A stretch of 64,000 nt of DNA from a virus, in the IMG/VR virus record IMGVR_UViG_3300028392_001993, positions 114,198 to 178,197 of that record; one strand, written 5' to 3'. Below are positions 21,512-30,095 of this stretch, one piece after another; the stretch's first letter is position 1, and the number at the start of each line of letters is the position of its first letter. Made by a program: the position numbers and the translations under genes. The notes below the pieces were generated by a model. It ran no database searches and was not told the origin of the DNA. It worked only from the letters and a program-made list of their open reading frames with translations.

Positions 21512-22528
21512 ATGACTAACCTATTTCGTAAAGCCGCGGTGTTCACAGACATCCACTTTGGCCTGAAAAGCAACAGCACTCAACACAATGAGGACTGCCT
21601 AAATTTTGTAAAGTGGGCAACCGCTAAAGCAAAGGCCGAAGGCTGTGAGACCTGTTTGTTCCTGGGCGATTGGCACAACAACCGTGCCAGCCTTAACATT
21701 GTTACCTTAAACTACAGCCTACGTGCATTGGAGCACATGAATGACAACTTTGACAGCGTGTACTTTATTCCTGGTAATCATGATCTTTACTATCGAGATA
21801 AGAGAGATATTCAAAGCGTTGAATGGGCAAAACATTTACCTAACGTCCATATTTGCAACGATTGGTTTAGCAGTGGCGACGTGGTTATCGCTCCTTGGTT
21901 GTGTGGTGATGACCACAAGCGTATTCCCAAACTAAAAGGCCGGTACATGTTTGGACACTTTGAACTGCCCGGATACCTGATGAATGCCATGGTAGAGATG
22001 CCAGACCACGGCGAAGTACGCAGAGAAGATTTCACGAACTTTGAACACGTTTTCACCGGACACTTTCACAAACGTCAGACCAAGAAAAATATCACCTACA
22101 TTGGCAATTGCTTTCCACACAACTATGCTGATGCTGGCGACGACGATCGCGGCTTGACCATCATTGAGTGGGGGCAGGATCCTGTGTATCATGCTTGGCC
22201 CGATCAACCACGTTATCGTGTGTTGGGTCTGGCCAACATCATTGACAACGCACCTAGTTTGCTTGCTACAGGTATGCATGTGCGGGTACAGTTAGACATC
22301 GAAATTAGTTACGAAGAGGCCAATTATATTAAAGAAACTTATATCAAAGAATACAGCCTTAGAGAAATGGCCTTGATACCCAACAAAAATAGTTCAGTAG
22401 ATACCGACATGGCCCCCGGTGAAGTCAAGTTTGAGTCAGTTGACCAAATTGTCACAGACCAAATTACTAATATTGAAAGTGAATTCTACGACAACAAATT
22501 GCTGTTGAAGATTTATCAAACTTTATGA
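21512..22528 (+). CDS. gp47: Recombination endonuclease subunit, gp47/SbcD/Mre11-like (338 aa)
   Basis: Metallophosphoesterase motifs FTDIHFG, FLGDWH, IPGNHD, GHFE, TGHFH, YIGN. Confidence 0.9.
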   Translation: MTNLFRKAAVFTDIHFGLKSNSTQHNEDCLNFVKWATAKAKAEGCETCLFLGDWHNNRASLNIVTLNYSLRALEHMNDNFDSVYFIPGNHDLYYRDKRDIQSVEWAKHLPNVHICNDWFSSGDVVIAPWLCGDDHKRIPKLKGRYMFGHFELPGYLMNAMVEMPDHGEVRREDFTNFEHVFTGHFHKRQTKKNITYIGNCFPHNYADAGDDDRGLTIIEWGQDPVYHAWPDQPRYRVLGLANIIDNAPSLLATGMHVRVQLDIEISYEEANYIKETYIKEYSLREMALIPNKNSSVDTDMAPGEVKFESVDQIVTDQITNIESEFYDNKLLLKIYQTL

Positions 22529-23658
22529 CGTCGGAAACATTTTGTGTTAATCCTTGGCTTACTTTACACACAAAATTTACACATGGCTACAGTCCATGCT
22601 GTAGATTTCGAGGTGTAGTGGCCAGCCATGACATACAACAATATGTTCACAGCGATCAACTGATCAAGATCAAACAAGACTTACTTGCAGGTCATGCTGT
22701 GCCAGAATGTTCAGATTGTTGGAATCATGAAGCCCGGGGCTATGTTAGCAAACGTCAGCGAGACAATCAGACCTACAAACAAATTTTTCAAGCCTTGTAC
22801 AAAGATCCGCATACACCCGTGGATCGATTTGTTGAATACTATGTGCGACTGGGCAATCATTGTAATCTGCGATGTACCAGTTGTGATGACACCCTAAGCT
22901 CGGGCTGGATCAGCGAAAACAAAAAATTCAATATATCAACCAAATCAGTTGAAATACTAGATGACGATCACGAAGTGTGGAATCATATGAGATCACATGC
23001 TGCCACCATTGGTACAATTGAGTTTGTCGGCGGCGAACCATTTATGATGTGTCAAGATGCACAACGAGACCTATTTAATTTTTTGGTTGACACTGGACAT
23101 GCATCGCACATCCGAATCAAATATAATACCAATGGCACACGACTGCCTACCGAGCAGTTGGAATACTGGAGCAGATTCAAAGCAGTAGAAATCAATGTGA
23201 GTGCAGACGGTGTAGGCAAACGATTTGAATATTTGCGGTATCCTGCTGAGTGGTCTGCTGTTGAGCAAAATATTGAATTTTATAAAAATCTTCAAAAGAC
23301 TTCGATTCCACAATTGGAGCTTACCATAATGCATACTATCAGTATCCTAAATATTGGATATGTGCAAGAAATGTTGGATTACTGCAATCAACACAATCTC
23401 AAAATTTTCATAAACATGCTGGAGTATCCTGAAGTTTTAAATATGTTTGCTGTGACCGATGATATCAAGCAGTGGATCCTGAGTAGAATCAAATCTGTTG
23501 ATCACCCAGTGATTGCAAGCATGAGCAAAAACTTGCAGTTGGGGTCTGTGACAGGATCCGACATCATGAATTTCTTGTTGCCGTTGGATCAGCGTAGAAA
23601 TCTAAGTGCAGAAAAAACTTTTCCTGAATTGATTGAATGCTTAAAGTCAGTGACATAA
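22525..23658 (+). CDS. Radical SAM protein with N-terminal Cys-rich (twitch/SPASM-like) segment (377 aa)
   Basis: CNLRCTSC (CX3CX2C), GGEPF, YNTNGT, SADG; N-terminal FCVNPW...SPCC...CSDCW. Confidence 0.85.
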   Translation: MTSETFCVNPWLTLHTKFTHGYSPCCRFRGVVASHDIQQYVHSDQLIKIKQDLLAGHAVPECSDCWNHEARGYVSKRQRDNQTYKQIFQALYKDPHTPVDRFVEYYVRLGNHCNLRCTSCDDTLSSGWISENKKFNISTKSVEILDDDHEVWNHMRSHAATIGTIEFVGGEPFMMCQDAQRDLFNFLVDTGHASHIRIKYNTNGTRLPTEQLEYWSRFKAVEINVSADGVGKRFEYLRYPAEWSAVEQNIEFYKNLQKTSIPQLELTIMHTISILNIGYVQEMLDYCNQHNLKIFINMLEYPEVLNMFAVTDDIKQWILSRIKSVDHPVIASMSKNLQLGSVTGSDIMNFLLPLDQRRNLSAEKTFPELIECLKSVT

Positions 23659-24614
23659 CAACCATTGATATTGAAACTATTAACAATTGCAATGCTCGGT
23701 GTCCATTGTGCTTGCGTGGTTCTGGCATGCGTACCAATGACTCTTTGAACTGGGATCAAGTGGTGGCAAACACGTCATTGAATTTTTGGCACAACCTCAA
23801 AGTCATAAACTTCAACGGTACCACTGGCGACAATATCATGCATGCCAACATTGAGCGCATTGTGCAATGGTGTGCCGAAAACACCACGGCCGACATAAAC
23901 ATTCACACCAATGGATCTTTACGCAGTACGGATTGGTGGCAACAGTTTGGTTCCATGCTAGAGTCTTGCCCACACAAAGTCGTATTTGGCATTGATGGAC
24001 TAGAAGACACCCATTCCATCTATCGCATGGGCACTGACTACGCCAAAGTTATAGCAAATGCACAGGCGTTTATGGCAGGCGGTGGCAGAGCCGAGTGGCA
24101 ATTTATTGTGTTTGAGCACAATGCACATCAGATCGACGCGGCCAGACAACTGGCTGATCAACTAGGATTTGCTAGATTCTTTGTGTTGTATCAAGATCGT
24201 TTTGATGAATCGGCAGACATTCCTGTCAAACGGTACAACAAAGGTCTAGAAAAAATCAACGCCGAAATTGTTTCTAATCCTTCGTCCAACAGTATCACTC
24301 GACGCATTGCCGATTCCGATCGCAAGATCACTTGTAGAAGTCAACAGATTGGCTGGTTGTCAATCTATGCAGACGGTACTGTGTGGCCCTGTTGTTGGCT
24401 CATGGGCTGGCACCGTGCTCAGCATCAGGCACAGGCCGCCTTGGTAAATTATCACTTTAAGAAGATATTGAATATAGACTTTGATCAAATTTCCCTGTAC
24501 AATTGCACACTAGAGAGTATTGTAAACAGCGATCTTTGGCAAAAAAGATATCCAAATAGTTTTGAACACAACCCAAATGCTATTTGTTTACAGCAATGCT
24601 CAGGTAAAAAATGA
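23637..24614 (+). CDS. Radical SAM/twitch-SPASM protein (325 aa)
   Basis: CNARCPLC, HTNGSLR, FGIDGL, WQFIVFEHN; C-terminal IYADGTVWPCCW...C.QQC. Confidence 0.85.
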   Translation: MLKVSDITTIDIETINNCNARCPLCLRGSGMRTNDSLNWDQVVANTSLNFWHNLKVINFNGTTGDNIMHANIERIVQWCAENTTADINIHTNGSLRSTDWWQQFGSMLESCPHKVVFGIDGLEDTHSIYRMGTDYAKVIANAQAFMAGGGRAEWQFIVFEHNAHQIDAARQLADQLGFARFFVLYQDRFDESADIPVKRYNKGLEKINAEIVSNPSSNSITRRIADSDRKITCRSQQIGWLSIYADGTVWPCCWLMGWHRAQHQAQAALVNYHFKKILNIDFDQISLYNCTLESIVNSDLWQKRYPNSFEHNPNAICLQQCSGKK

Positions 24615-26374
24615 TACACATTAAAAACTTAACTGTTAAAAACTTTATGAGTGTAGGCGCGGCTACCCAAGGCATTGACTTTGACCGCAACGACCTTACA
24701 CTGGTGTTAGGTGAAAACTTAGACTTAGGTGGAGACGGATCACGTAACGGTACAGGCAAGACCACAATCATCAATGCACTGAGTTATGCATTGTATGGAC
24801 AAGCACTTTCAAACATACGCAAAGATAACCTAGTAAACAAAACCAACGGAAAGAATATGCTGGTTAGTTTAGACTTTACAGTCAACGGACAAGAATACAG
24901 AATCGAACGTGGTCGCAAGCCTAATGTGCTCAAGTTCTATGTTAACAACGAGCACAAGGCCGCCGAAGATGAAGCACAAGGCGATTCAAGAGAAACACAG
25001 GATGCTATCGAGCATGTGATGAATATGAGCCACGACATGTTCAAACATGTGTTGGCATTAAACACTTACACCGAGCCGTTCCTGAGCTTGAAGGCCAACG
25101 ATCAACGCACTATCATTGAACAATTGTTGGGCATTACATTATTGAGTGAACGTGCTGACGCGATCAAAGAACTCAATCGTCTGACCAAAGATGCTATTCA
25201 AGCGGAAGAATTTCGTATACGTGCTGTACAAGAAGCCAACAAACGTATTGAAGAACAGATTGAAAGTCTGCGTAAACGTCAACGTCTTTGGATTGCCAAA
25301 CGTGACGAAGATGTGGGCAAACTAGAACAAGCCATTGGTGACTTGGAGCACATTGACATTGATGCTGAAGTACAAGCACACAGGAACCTAGAAGAATTCC
25401 ATGTCAAGAAAAAAGCCTTAGACGAAGCCAATCGGTATATTCGTCAAATTGACACAGATGATACCAAACTAACAAAACTGTTGAGCAAACTCAAGACAGA
25501 AATTGAAGCACTGGATGCTCACAAGTGTCACAGTTGCGGGCAGGACTTGCATGATGACAAACAGGATGAGTTAAAACAGGCCAAACAGGCTCTAGTGCAA
25601 GAAACAGCACTACAACTCTTGGCCAACAATACTCAACGTACAGAACACGAAGATACCATCGCCACAATTGGCTTGTTGGGTACAGCACCCTCTGTGTTTT
25701 ATGATTCATTAGAACAAGCACTTAACCACCGTAACACAGTAGAAACCTTACGAAAAGATCTAGCCACACGATCTGCGGATGCGGATCCTTACGGAGAGCA
25801 AATAATAGACATGCAAGGACAGGCGTTACAGGTTGTAACATATGATGCTCTAAACGAACTCACCAGAGTACAGGATCATCAAGACTTCTTGCTCAAACTA
25901 CTCACAAGCAAAGATAGTTTTGTACGTAAAAAGATTATTGATCAAAACTTGAGTTATTTGAATGCAAGACTCACACACTACTTGGATCGTATTGGATTGC
26001 CACATACTGTGAAGTTCCAAAACGACTTAACAGTTAGCATTGAAGAATTGGGTCGTGAACTAGACTTTGATAACTTATCGCGTGGTGAACGCAACCGATT
26101 GATTCTATCAATGAGCTGGGCATTCCGTGATGTGTGGGAAAGTTTATACTCACCTATCAACTTGTTGTTTATTGACGAGTTGATTGACAACGGTCTAGAC
26201 ACGCAAGGCGTAGAGAATGCATTAGCATTGCTCAAGAAGATGAGTAGAGAACGCCACAAGAGTATTTGGCTAGTAAGTCATAGAGACGAACTAGCAGGAC
26301 GAGTAGAAAATATTCTCAAGGTAATCAAAGAGAACGGGTTTACAAGTTACAACACGGATGTTGATCTTGCGTGA
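24611..26374 (+). CDS. gp46: Recombination ATPase subunit, gp46/SbcC/Rad50-like (587 aa)
   Basis: Walker A NGTGKT, coiled coil with zinc-hook CHSC, signature LSRGE, Walker B LLFIDE, H-loop VSHR. Confidence 0.92.
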   Translation: MIHIKNLTVKNFMSVGAATQGIDFDRNDLTLVLGENLDLGGDGSRNGTGKTTIINALSYALYGQALSNIRKDNLVNKTNGKNMLVSLDFTVNGQEYRIERGRKPNVLKFYVNNEHKAAEDEAQGDSRETQDAIEHVMNMSHDMFKHVLALNTYTEPFLSLKANDQRTIIEQLLGITLLSERADAIKELNRLTKDAIQAEEFRIRAVQEANKRIEEQIESLRKRQRLWIAKRDEDVGKLEQAIGDLEHIDIDAEVQAHRNLEEFHVKKKALDEANRYIRQIDTDDTKLTKLLSKLKTEIEALDAHKCHSCGQDLHDDKQDELKQAKQALVQETALQLLANNTQRTEHEDTIATIGLLGTAPSVFYDSLEQALNHRNTVETLRKDLATRSADADPYGEQIIDMQGQALQVVTYDALNELTRVQDHQDFLLKLLTSKDSFVRKKIIDQNLSYLNARLTHYLDRIGLPHTVKFQNDLTVSIEELGRELDFDNLSRGERNRLILSMSWAFRDVWESLYSPINLLFIDELIDNGLDTQGVENALALLKKMSRERHKSIWLVSHRDELAGRVENILKVIKENGFTSYNTDVDLA

Positions 26375-27212
26375 TATAAAAGTAATACACTTAGAACCCA
26401 CAGACGTGTGTCAGGCTGCCTGTGCGTTGTGTGCGAGAGAAGTTGATCCGAGCTTTAGAAAAGATCGTCAGCATCATCTATCATTAGGACAAATACTAAA
26501 AGTGTTTGATGAAGAAAAAATCAAACAACTGGATAAAATGTTCATGTGCGGCAACTATGGAGATCCAGCTGCCGGTAAAAACACACTAGATATTTTTCAA
26601 GAATTTAGACGTATTAATCCCAATATTGTATTAGGCATGAATACCAACGGTGCTATACAAACTACATTCTGGTGGTACGAATTAGCAAAAATACTAAATC
26701 AACCACAAGACTATGTGGTGTTCTCGATTGATGGACTGGAGTACACCAACGCCACTTATCGTCGAAATGTAAACTGGGCCAAGCTCATGGCAAATGCTCG
26801 TGCATTTATCGATGCTGGCGGTTCAGCACACTGGGATATGCTGGTATATCGACATAATCAACACGAAGTTGATGCGTGTGAACAGCATGCTAGAGATTTG
26901 GGATTCTCTTGGTTTAGAGCCAAAGTTTCAAAACGTGGATTTACTGAATCGTTGCAATTTCCTATTGGATGGCAACCAATAGCTGTTGACTCTAGTGTTA
27001 TAAATTGTCATGCATTGAGAGAACAAAGTGTTTATATAGATGCACAAGGTCATCTTGGACCTTGTTGTTGGCTAGGAGCACGACAACAAAATTTTGTTAC
27101 AGATGCTGATGCTATACCTACTCAGGATCCAGTATGCGCTATCACTTGCGGATCGACTGCCGCAGGCACAGCGTTTGATCAGCAGTGGCAAAGAGAAGTA
27201 GCATTATGTTAG
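26358..27212 (+). CDS. Radical SAM/twitch-SPASM protein (284 aa)
   Basis: CQAACALC, MCGNYGDP, MNTNG, FSIDGL; IDAQGHLGPCCW...CAITC. Confidence 0.85.
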   Translation: MLILRDIKVIHLEPTDVCQAACALCAREVDPSFRKDRQHHLSLGQILKVFDEEKIKQLDKMFMCGNYGDPAAGKNTLDIFQEFRRINPNIVLGMNTNGAIQTTFWWYELAKILNQPQDYVVFSIDGLEYTNATYRRNVNWAKLMANARAFIDAGGSAHWDMLVYRHNQHEVDACEQHARDLGFSWFRAKVSKRGFTESLQFPIGWQPIAVDSSVINCHALREQSVYIDAQGHLGPCCWLGARQQNFVTDADAIPTQDPVCAITCGSTAAGTAFDQQWQREVALC

Positions 27213-28213
27213 CCAACTGGCATTTCCATATTGAAGTATCCAGTAAGTGTACCTTGCGGTGCCCTCGTTGTGCTAGACAAGAAGTTCCCAACGGCCTTGT
27301 GAATACCGAACTAGATTTAGAATTTTTTAAACGTAACTTTACTCCAGAATTTGTTTTGGCAAATGTAGAAAAAATTACGTTCTGTGGTGACGACGGTGAT
27401 CCTATTTATGCACACGACTTGATCCCAATAATTAGCTATCTTAAAAGTATAAAATCTATTGAGATTGTTATTGTCACAAACGGCAGTCACAAAAAACCCG
27501 AGTGGTGGATAGACTTAGGTTTTGTATTAGATGCTAAAGATACTGTACACTTTAGTATAGATGGGTGGGACAATGCCAGCAATAATCAGTATCGAGTGAA
27601 TAGTGACTTTGACAGCATAGTACAAGGTATATCTGCATTACGCAAAGCCAGTACTTGCCAACTAGTATGGGCCGCAATTGCATTTCAATTCAATGAAGAT
27701 CAAATTGATTACATGCGAGATTTTGCTGTGTCAATTGGCATGGATCGATTTCAACTGACTAAGAGTACAAAGTTTGGCAGTATCTATTCTAGTTATGGAG
27801 TAAACGATCCACTAGAACCCAGTGTAAAATTTGTCAGCAGTAGTCATAGATTTGAGCGAGACGTTGTTGAGCTAACCGATCGGTTGACAACTCCTGTACA
27901 CAGTAAAAATATCGAATTATACAATCAAACAAAAAGTCGTAACGGTGTTACTCCGTTATGCGAAATAGGCAACAAAGGTTTGTACATTGATGCTCGCGGC
28001 AGGTTATTTCCTTGCTGTTGGGTGGCCAATAGATACAATCACAATTCACAATGGCAACAACTGGCAGAAAACTTCGATTTACATACAAAAACTTTAACAA
28101 ACGTACTGGCAGATCCTTTTTGGAACAACGAATTTCAAGCGTTTAAATGGCAGGAATGCCAGACAAAATGCTCAAGTTCACAGGTAGACAGAAATTACGC
28201 AACTTCTTGGTGA
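27206..28213 (+). CDS. Radical SAM/twitch-SPASM protein (~335 aa; ATG 27206 preferred over GTG 27185)
   Basis: CTLRCPRC, FCGDDGDP, VTNGS, FSIDG; IDARGRLFPCCW...CQTKC. Confidence 0.85.
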   Translation: MLANWHFHIEVSSKCTLRCPRCARQEVPNGLVNTELDLEFFKRNFTPEFVLANVEKITFCGDDGDPIYAHDLIPIISYLKSIKSIEIVIVTNGSHKKPEWWIDLGFVLDAKDTVHFSIDGWDNASNNQYRVNSDFDSIVQGISALRKASTCQLVWAAIAFQFNEDQIDYMRDFAVSIGMDRFQLTKSTKFGSIYSSYGVNDPLEPSVKFVSSSHRFERDVVELTDRLTTPVHSKNIELYNQTKSRNGVTPLCEIGNKGLYIDARGRLFPCCWVANRYNHNSQWQQLAENFDLHTKTLTNVLADPFWNNEFQAFKWQECQTKCSSSQVDRNYATSW

Positions 28214-28253
28214 AAGAGATAACTATAACGCAAGGATAAATCGCATACAACAC

Positions 28254-28682
28254 ATGACATGGCTATATCAAGATACCCCAATTGAGACGTTGCCAGAAGA
28301 ATGTGTTGGATTTGTTTACTTGATCACAAACAATCTCACTGGACGCAAGTACATAGGCAAAAAATTAGCAAAATTTAGCAAAACCACATACAAGACTGTA
28401 AAACAAAAAAACGGCATTAAAAAGCGGAAGAAGATACGCTCCAAGATCGATAGTGATTGGAGAGAGTACTATGGGTCAAGCCCAGAATTAACCGCAGATG
28501 TAATCAAACTAGGCACCAAAAACTTCACCAGAGAAATACTTTACTATTGCAACTCCAAGTCAGAATGTTCATACATTGAGGCTAGAGAACAATTCAGTAG
28601 GCGAGTATTAGAGTCACGAGATTATTACAACGGCCATATTCAAGTTAGAGTACATGGCTCACACATCATAAACAAAATTTAA
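28254..28682 (+). CDS. Short GIY-YIG family endonuclease (Seg-like, 142 aa) with a Lys/Arg-rich insert
   Basis: GFVYLITN...GRKYIGKK motif, WREYYGSS, FTREIL...E; no C-terminal DNA-binding extension. Confidence 0.75.
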   Translation: MTWLYQDTPIETLPEECVGFVYLITNNLTGRKYIGKKLAKFSKTTYKTVKQKNGIKKRKKIRSKIDSDWREYYGSSPELTADVIKLGTKNFTREILYYCNSKSECSYIEAREQFSRRVLESRDYYNGHIQVRVHGSHIINKI

Positions 28683-29140
28683 CAGGCAGCGATCACGACA
28701 ACGTGCTGAGTGTATTGGCTCAGCCCCATTGAGGATATGTGAGATACCATATTTAGACTTGGGCGTCAAAGGCAATTGCTAACTTAAGGCAACAAATGGT
28801 TTGGGCTCTGTGAAACAGATACACCCCTTGCTCGTAGAACTTGGATCTAATATCGGGTTACTAGGGTTCCGTTGATATGTGAAGCTTGAGTAGGGGGTAC
28901 CGGTCAACCGCCTCCGTTGTGCTTTTAAAAAAAGATAATTTCGCAAGAAGTTGTACTTTTAAAAAGTATAAATCTCATTACTATTAGATGACTGTGCTAC
29001 TCAGATGATGCTCTCTCATTTTCACCGTGCGTACGGTGAATTATGACCAATTAATCTAGATGATACTTAATTCAAGTAACTTAAAAAAACAATCAGTTGT
29101 TGAGCGATAGCGAAAACAACAGACTTACGTAGTAAGTCTT
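28683..29140 (+). ncRNA. Candidate large structured non-coding RNA (family unassigned; strand inferred from GNRA loops and gene context)
   Basis: ORF-free ~470 nt in a gene-dense genome, with many hairpins and long-range complementary segments (see findings). Confidence 0.55.
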
Positions 29141-29154
29141 TTAAACATTCTAAC

Positions 29155-29215
29155 TAAATATAGGTGTAGTTCGCGGAATTGGCGTTCCCAACTACTCTAA
29201 CATTAAATAGGAATG
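29155..29215 (+). promoter_or_regulatory. Late promoter TAAATA, 5' hairpin and RBS of the homing endonuclease gene
   Basis: TAAATA 29155-60; stem GTAGTT(29166-71)/AACTAC(29190-95) with inner GGAA/TTCC; AGGA ~8 nt before ATG 29221. Confidence 0.5.
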
Positions 29216-29220
29216 TCAGC

Positions 29221-29811
29221 ATGAATATTTACAATAAAAAGAATCCTCCTGGTGGCTTTTACGTATATGCCTATCTACGAGATGATGGAACTCCCTATTA
29301 CATTGGCAAAGGTAAGGGAGTACGAGCATGGAAACAACATTCTATCAAGGGTAAAGGTGCTCATACTCCTAAAGATAATTCTCGTATTTTTGTTTGTGAA
29401 ACGAATCTCACCGAAGTTGGTGCTTTTGCTCTTGAACGTAGATATATTCGTTGGTATGGACGAAAAGATTTAGTAACAGGTATTTTGGTTAATCTGACAG
29501 ACGGAGGAGAAGGTACTAATAATACTCAAAGAAATATTACTGAAGAAACAAAACGTAAAATTGGGCAAGCCAACAAAGGGCGTATCCAGTCTGCTGAAAC
29601 AAAACTAAAACGTAGTCAATCGTTAGCAGGACGTAAACCTTCAGAGGAATCAAATGCAAAACGTCGAGCAAAAGCAATTGGTAGAGTGTTAGGCCCTCAC
29701 GATGCAGAAAGACGTGCTAAAAATAGCGAGGCAGTTCGTCAGTGGTGGGCTAACCGTAAATTAGAATTGGTCAGGCCAGTCACGCCAGAGTGCGTGTTGA
29801 ATGTTGCCTGA
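29221..29811 (+). mobile_element. Free-standing GIY-YIG homing endonuclease with NUMOD3-like repeats (~196 aa; ATG 29221 preferred over TTG 29179)
   Basis: FYVYAYLRDDGTPYYIGKG...R; ERRYIRWYGRK...LVNLTDGGEG; ITEETKRKIGQANKG, QSAETKLKRSQSLAG, PSEESNAKR repeats. Confidence 0.8.
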
Positions 29812-30093
29812 AACAAATTGATTAAAACTTTTGTGTTTGACTTCAAGATCACCTTCAAGTGGTGCAACTCGCTTGAATGCTGAATCCATTTGAGCCATGT
29901 CTCGAAACTCCATAATAATGAGCCATTCAGGCATGTCGGCTATGCTACGGAATCCCATCTTGCAACGTGTGATTCTGTAGGATTCCATTTTGCCTTCTGA
30001 AATCAAGTGATCAAAGAAACTTTTCATACCGTTGACCCAGTCCAAGTCTGAGATGTCGCCTTCTTTGTCTGCCCAAATTGTATATAAATCCAT
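29761..30093 (-). CDS. Small dimeric alpha/beta-barrel-like protein (DUF6614-like, 110 aa)
   Basis: MDLYTIWAD...FFDHLISEGKMESYRITRCKMG...PEWLIIMEFRDMAQMDSAF; family recalled, needs an HMM check. Confidence 0.55.
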   Translation of the reverse strand: MDLYTIWADKEGDISDLDWVNGMKSFFDHLISEGKMESYRITRCKMGFRSIADMPEWLIIMEFRDMAQMDSAFKRVAPLEGDLEVKHKSFNQFVSGNIQHALWRDWPDQF

Positions 30094-30095
30094 AG

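Noticed and set aside
21512-26374. Host sbcCD locus or an anti-phage defence island
   Set aside because: Context (gp55-like sigma, T4-like head and baseplate genes) identifies these as phage gp47/gp46 recombination genes.
28683-29140. RNase P RNA or group I intron identity for the structured intergenic region
   Set aside because: Fragments resemble RNase P (TAGATGACTGT, AACAGA..ACC), but the P4 elements GAGGAAAGUCC and AGAACCCGGCUUA are missing. No group I P7 pairing was found and the flanking genes are intact, so there are no exons to join.
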